DNA from: a virus
Taxonomy: Duplodnaviria > Caudoviricetes
DNA: 64,000 nt
Reading direction: 5' to 3' (one strand)
Virus record (IMG/VR): IMGVR_UViG_3300021311_000001
Location: 1 to 64,000 of that record
A model generated the notes under the pieces. It had not been told where the DNA came from. It saw only the letters and a program-made list of their open reading frames with translations, and searched no databases. Within the stretch, counting starts at the first letter, position 1; every line of letters begins with the position of its first letter. The translations under genes and the position numbers were made by a program. This document shows positions 58,842 to 64,000 of this stretch, piece after piece.

Positions 58842-59552
58842 TCACATCGGCGTTCGCCGCAGCATTTGCTCGGCATCGAACTTTCGTTCCGGCGTGGTGA
58901 TGCAGGAAAACGCAAACCGCACAAATGCCGGATCGTCCCTGCCCCAAAGCCAGTCGTCCAGATGGAGCGTACAATAGACAAGGTTGTACGCGGCAGTACG
59001 GCGATAGTAGTCGAGATCGTCGTCTTCGCAGATAGAATAATCGACGTGCCTACTTCCCAAGTTGAGAACTCGGTTCACTTCGGGCAATGCCGCCGTACGC
59101 AGCTTATTGATCTCCTCATCCAGATCGTCGTCCAGGCCACGAAACACCTCAAATGGATAATCCTGATCGCAACTGTTCTGGAAAAAGATATGCCTCGCGT
59201 TCGTTTTGCTCTTGTCCGGCCAGCCATCGCCAACAATGGCAACCAAACTGTTTCCGGGGAAGTAAACGAATCGGTCTTTTCCCAGAAGTTCCAGCCAGTT
59301 TCGGTCAGCTTCCGAGATGTAGCCGGGGCGCTCGTCACTCTGCGGCGAGCAAAAGCGACGGGACGGAATGTAGTACCGGTTCTTGAAGATCCAGTGCTCG
59401 AAACTCTCCCAACGCGCTTCGGACGCCCGCCATGCCGTATCAAAAGCGTCACCTCTGGAATCGGCACGGAGGAAAGTCAAGTCAAAAGCATAGCTCACAG
59501 GTATACCTCCAAAATGTTTCTTTGCAACCGCATCATCGCAAAATAGTTGCAA
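58842..59552 (-). CDS. hypothetical protein
   Basis: 236-aa ORF. Confidence 0.5.
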   Translation of the reverse strand: MQLFCDDAVAKKHFGGIPVSYAFDLTFLRADSRGDAFDTAWRASEARWESFEHWIFKNRYYIPSRRFCSPQSDERPGYISEADRNWLELLGKDRFVYFPGNSLVAIVGDGWPDKSKTNARHIFFQNSCDQDYPFEVFRGLDDDLDEEINKLRTAALPEVNRVLNLGSRHVDYSICEDDDLDYYRRTAAYNLVYCTLHLDDWLWGRDDPAFVRFAFSCITTPERKFDAEQMLRRTPM

Positions 59553-59807
59553 AATTGCAAGTTCACTTTTATTTTGTCACCTCGGAGGTTCCCAAATCCG
59601 ATTTTGACCTCCATTAACGCCGTATAAACAGGCGTTTCTCAAATTCAGCCCCTTAGAATATAATCGCTTTTTCTATTTTGCCAAAAAAGTTGCAAAAATA
59701 ACTTTTTCACGTTTCGTAACTGCTCGCTCGCTTCGCTCGCTTAATCCATAAGATAGCGCCAAACCCAAAAGCAAGCGCAAACCCATCCGCTCGACAGGGG
59801 CGTCGAG

Positions 59808-60716
59808 CTATCTTTGTATGCCAGGATACCCGATCACATCGCTTGCAACCGCCAAAACCATAGCATGATAAAGGGCTTTATCCTCTTCATCCATCACGCC
59901 GATGTAACGCAGCGTCGTCATCGGGCTTTCGTGTCCGTACAGACGTTGGAGCTGAGCGACATCGCCGTACTGCTTACCGGTGTTGGTGGTGTATTGCCAC
60001 CATCCCCACGTCTTGCGCATGGTGTGCGTTCCGATGTTCTGGCGGATGCCTACGGCTTCGCACGCTTCCTTGAGAACCTTGCGAAACGTATCGACTTCGA
60101 TCGTCCCACCCTCTCTGGATGAGAAGATATATTTATTATTTTTGATCCCTGTCGGACTTTCGCCGAAGTACCACCGTAATGCCGCAACGCAGGCTTCGTT
60201 GAGATACACGGTGCGGATCTTGCCGTGCGTCTTGCTCTGCGAGATACAGATGCGGTCATTCGTGTTTTGCGTGTCCTCGATGTAGCGGATGGTGCCATCG
60301 GGAAGAAAGATGTCAAGCATCCTGAGCTTCAAAAGCTCGTTTGCACGAAGTCCGAGGTTGATCCCAAGGATGAAACCGAGGAGATATTTGTGGTCTTTGT
60401 TCTCATATAGCCATAAGGCCACGCGCTCCAGCTCCTCCATCTTTTTGATGGGATACACCGTCTGCGTACCACCCTTACGGTAGTTGGCATGATACCCGTT
60501 GCTCTTCATCTTCCGCAGAGCATCCAACGCATCCGCCGTATCGACGCCGGGGAAGAGCACCACGTTGCGGGGAAGCTCGGCGCTCATGTTTGCCGTGGTG
60601 GTTTTCTGTTCATCGGCATCATAGCGCATCGGTACTTCGTATCGCAGAGCAGAGCCATCCTCCCTTACGGAAGAGCTGTTTACATACGAAGCAAAGAGAT
60701 CCATCTGGTTATCCAT
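59808..60716 (-). CDS. tyrosine recombinase
   Basis: GLRANE, HTMRKT, GHES, TLRY catalytic set. Confidence 0.9.
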   Translation of the reverse strand: MDNQMDLFASYVNSSSVREDGSALRYEVPMRYDADEQKTTTANMSAELPRNVVLFPGVDTADALDALRKMKSNGYHANYRKGGTQTVYPIKKMEELERVALWLYENKDHKYLLGFILGINLGLRANELLKLRMLDIFLPDGTIRYIEDTQNTNDRICISQSKTHGKIRTVYLNEACVAALRWYFGESPTGIKNNKYIFSSREGGTIEVDTFRKVLKEACEAVGIRQNIGTHTMRKTWGWWQYTTNTGKQYGDVAQLQRLYGHESPMTTLRYIGVMDEEDKALYHAMVLAVASDVIGYPGIQR

Positions 60717-60840
60717 GCTGACTTCTCCTTTACGGAATGTCCGGTACAACCTGCGGCAGTAGTATCTTGTTGTCGTCTTACAGTTGTAATTTTTTGGCGT
60801 GCTTATGCAAAAGCAAAAACTCGCTTGTTTCATTGGCTAT

Positions 60841-60869
60841 ATTATACAATATTGCATCCTCCATGTCAA
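60841..60869 (-). promoter_or_regulatory. sigmaA promoter of the recombinase
   Basis: TTGACA-N17-TATAAT. Confidence 0.75.
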
Positions 60870-61902
60870 TACGTTTTATAAATTTTTATCGCACTTTTCG
60901 GAAGAAATTTCAAACTCCCTTTGGAGGTTTCCTGTAGATGCCGGTTCCATCTCTTGCGATAGCGTTGCGACTGCGGATGCCATCAGGTCAAGAAGAGTTG
61001 AGACTGCCTGAAACAATGCTTTGCGGTTATATGGCGGAGGTAGTGAAATGTCTGTTTGCGAAGCTCCTGTGGCGAGAAGCGTCATTTGATCTGCTTGTCT
61101 ACGGAAAGCGGCAATAACAGTCGGCGGCAGTTGGAAAGAAAATCCGAAGTTGGTGCAATTTTGGAAAAGTCGCAATAATAAATGTGTGTCGTTACCGGTT
61201 TTCGTGTATGGCACGGTCTGGGAGAAGTGGCGGAATAGAGGATTTGAAATATTTGAAAATGGTGCGTGGTGTGAGGTACTGTGTGCCTCCGGAACACCTG
61301 CCGAGTCGCCGAAAATGTCAAGGCTCCCCCTACTCCAGACAAGTGCCGCGCCTGGGCTGGTGCTGCTCGCCGTCGATCTGCTCCGCGCCGAAAAACCGCT
61401 TGATTCTGGGCTTTTTCGCTGGCGGTTCTGCATACTCGCAAAAAGCAGAATTGCGGAGCGGCTGCGGATGGGCTGCGCCTGGTCGATTTGAACGGCTCCG
61501 GCCTGCGGTGCTCCGCTTCCCTGGTCGATCTGCTCCGCCGGCGCTGCTCTTCCACTCCTGGGTTGCGGCTCCGCCGCGAGCGTGCCGCGCGTTCGATCTC
61601 TTCGCCATATTGCCGCCGCGCGTGCTCCGTCTCCGTTCCTCTCTCCCTTCCTTTCCTTCCCGCTTTTCGCTCGCTCTTCGTCGCTGCTGCTTCCGTGGTC
61701 TTGTGCTGCTCCTGGGCTTTGCTCGCGTTGCTCGCGCTCGCTGTCGCTCGTAGGTGCTCCGCATTGGCTGCGGTCGCTGCGCTTCCTTCGCCTTGCTTCG
61801 CCAATTCGATCGGCTCCAGCGCATCTTTTCGGCTTCGTCATTTTGCACAAAATAGCACGCCAAAAATCTACACTATTTTGTGGTTAGCACGCCAATAATT
61901 TC

Positions 61903-61931
61903 TTGCCTTTTATGGGGCAAGGTGCTATAAT
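61903..61931 (+). promoter_or_regulatory. sigmaA promoter overlapped by an inverted repeat
   Basis: TTGCCT-N17-TATAAT with extended TG; CTTGCC...GGCAAG inverted repeat. Confidence 0.65.
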
Positions 61932-62039
61932 TATAAGTGTCAAGGGAAAGGGCGCGCGGCGCTCCGGTGCTTCTGCTCCAGCTCCGCTTCTCCTCTTCCC
62001 GTAGCACGACAAATATTTATCGAAAAGGAGATCACCACC

Positions 62040-62846
62040 ATGAAAACCACCACCAACACCACCACCCGCAACGCTTCCGTTATGCTCCGCGCGTGGGACA
62101 TCCGCCGCGCTGCTGCCTCTGAAATCGGCTGCAAGGTTTCCGAAGTCCTCTGGAGCGCCTGCCTGCGTATGGCGTGGGCTGAGGCTGAAGGCGCGAACGC
62201 TGAGCGCAACGCGGCGCGCGTCGTTTCCGCTTGGGCTGCCCTGTCTGAGGGCGAGCAGATCGCTTTTATGAAGAAGTGCATCCACAAAGCCGCGAAAGAC
62301 CGCATCAAGTACAGCACCGAAGACCACTACCTGCAGTTTTCTGAGGTTCCCGCCTTCGGTCTGTACGGCCTGCACGATCTTGACGAGTTCGTTTCTGAAA
62401 CGTGGCTGCGCCTGTCGGTCAAGCTCGCCGACGCTGACAAGCTGACGAAGCGCAACGAGCGCCGCGCGGCACAGGGCAAGCGCCCGCTGACGCTGGTCAA
62501 GCTGGTATACGAAGCTGCCGACGCGAGCATTGCAGCGATCTTCTACCAGGACACGAAGCACAGCGCCGCGAGCGTGCGCGAGCTTGAAACGGAAGACGGC
62601 GAGACGGTGAGCGCGGTCGAGTCGATCTGTGCGGCTGCTGACGACACGGAACGCGCCGCGATTCTGAAGGCGGATGTTGCGAGCTTCCGGAACGGCTGCG
62701 ACGAAATCAACGACCGCATTCTGGAGCTGGTCGGGCGCGGTTATACGGAGCGCGAGATTGCCGCCGACATCGGCACGATCTCCAATGTTGCAGTGCATAA
62801 GCGTATTGTCAAGATGCGCGAGCAGTTGACCGCGCTGCACATGTAA
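62040..62846 (+). CDS. sigma-factor-like / region-4 HTH regulator
   Basis: DLDEFVSETWL; GYTEREIA...ISNVAVHKRI; AAGGAG RBS. Confidence 0.7.
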   Translation: MKTTTNTTTRNASVMLRAWDIRRAAASEIGCKVSEVLWSACLRMAWAEAEGANAERNAARVVSAWAALSEGEQIAFMKKCIHKAAKDRIKYSTEDHYLQFSEVPAFGLYGLHDLDEFVSETWLRLSVKLADADKLTKRNERRAAQGKRPLTLVKLVYEAADASIAAIFYQDTKHSAASVRELETEDGETVSAVESICAAADDTERAAILKADVASFRNGCDEINDRILELVGRGYTEREIAADIGTISNVAVHKRIVKMREQLTALHM

Positions 62847-62953
62847 GAAAATTTTCCGGAACGGTTAGCAAGCCAAAAATCTAATCTCATGTATAGGCGC
62901 GCCGTGGTTACGGCTGCGGCGCGCTACTTCAAAACGAAAAGGAGAACACCACC

Positions 62954-63313
62954 ATGACGATCAACAATGCAAAGCTGCAGCACTGCTTCAAGCTGTCCAG
63001 CAAGATTACCGTTTACGTTCCCGCGACTGCGGACGTAGACAAGGCCGCCGACAATACGGAACAGGTCAAGGCGACGGCGGCGCTGCTCTCTCAGCTTTTC
63101 GGCGGGGCGACGTCGACGCCTGCGCTTGGCTATTGGCTCAGCCCTGCGGCCGGTCTGGTTGCGGAGAACACCACCGTTGTTTTTGCCTACGCCGCCGACG
63201 CTGACCTGCAGGAGCATATCGGCGAGGTCGTGGAGCACTGCGAAAAGCTCAAGGCGGAAATGGGGCAAGAGGCCGTAGCCTTGGAGCTGAACGGCGAAAT
63301 GTATTTTATCTGA
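62954..63313 (+). CDS. hypothetical protein
   Basis: FGGAT...G.W...E...MGQEAV; RBS. Confidence 0.7.
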   Translation: MTINNAKLQHCFKLSSKITVYVPATADVDKAADNTEQVKATAALLSQLFGGATSTPALGYWLSPAAGLVAENTTVVFAYAADADLQEHIGEVVEHCEKLKAEMGQEAVALELNGEMYFI

Positions 63314-63394
63314 CGGGATGCGGCGCGGCGGGCTGCTGGAACGGCTCGCCGTCGCCAATGGAACGACACAAACGGAACGGAAGGAGCGGAACGG

Positions 63395-63631
63395 ATGGAA
63401 TACACGGCTTTATATTACGTCGTGGTCGTCGCTGGCGCGCTGACGCTCGCAAGCTGGTTTATGCGCCTGGTGGAATGGCTGGAGCACGGCGGACGGCGCA
63501 CAAGGCGGAACGGCGGACGGAACCGAAACGGAAAACGGAACAAGCGCGGCGGGCTGGATAAGCTCGCCGCTTTTCGTTTCCGGAACGGCGGCGGATTTTG
63601 GAGCGACAAAATTTATTTTTCCGCCGGTTAG
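63395..63631 (+). CDS. small membrane protein
   Basis: N-terminal TM segment; AGGAG RBS. Confidence 0.45.
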   Translation: MEYTALYYVVVVAGALTLASWFMRLVEWLEHGGRRTRRNGGRNRNGKRNKRGGLDKLAAFRFRNGGGFWSDKIYFSAG

Positions 63632-63741
63632 CAAACGCGGGAAAGTTTCTGTTATATGGATGGGAACCGCGCGACGGACTGCGGCAAGAGCTGCGGAGAA
63701 CACCGGACGACGCGAGTTAGACGAACGGAGGAACGGAACAC

Positions 63742-63918
63742 ATGAAAACGGCACGCGATACTTTCCCACGCACGCGCTACTATCAGAACATCGAAACGGG
63801 TGAGCTTCTGACCTATCGCGAGATGGTGGAACAGGCGGCGGAACGGTACGACCTTGGCGACTGGACGAACGCGCTGGAGCTGCTGGAATACTACGAGCTG
63901 ACCGACATTGAAATTTAA
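63742..63918 (+). CDS. 58-aa hypothetical protein (not in ORF track)
   Basis: GGAGG RBS; MKTARDTFPRTRYYQNIETGELL... Confidence 0.55.
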   Translation: MKTARDTFPRTRYYQNIETGELLTYREMVEQAAERYDLGDWTNALELLEYYELTDIEI

Positions 63919-64000
63919 GGAGGACGGAAAAAATGAGTTATGCGGAGCTTGTGAACATGCTACTGGAGGATGGCCTGACGGAAACCGCCGCGATGGAGAT

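Noticed and set aside
60876-61898. Multiple overlapping ORFs
   Set aside because: Low-complexity Arg/Ala/Ser translations in several frames with no RBS.
1-64000. CRISPR array, rRNA or arbitrium locus
   Set aside because: No regularly spaced repeats, no rRNA-like sequence, and no AimR/AimP-like pair visible.

Overview
A 64-kb section of a large, GC-rich, temperate SPbeta-like siphophage, probably of a Clostridia-type Firmicute host (inferred). The left edge has a tRNA-Trp 3' fragment flanked by arm-like repeats (att site, probably attP). Nearly everything from 659 to 60716 is on the minus strand. Read in that direction: tyrosine recombinase, sigma-like protein, FolD-like protein, helicase, YonO-type RNA polymerase, YonK/YonJ/HU, a tRNA(CAT), terminase, portal, capsid, tail genes (with RuvC, ClpP and PhoH among them), tape measure, Dit/Tal, tail fibres and lysis genes. 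Main observations: (1) two complete, independent diversity-generating retroelements (DGRs) in tandem, each with target/VR, avd, TR and RT, and every TR-VR mismatch at a TR adenine; (2) the tape-measure gene is split by two group I introns, one with a homing endonuclease and one carrying an antisense two-gene cassette with its own promoter; (3) an initiator-like tRNA with a remodelled anticodon arm; (4) a repeated GGTTAGCA-N21-TATRG motif upstream of the plus-strand genes at the right end. All calls are from reading the sequence and recognising motifs; no searches were run.
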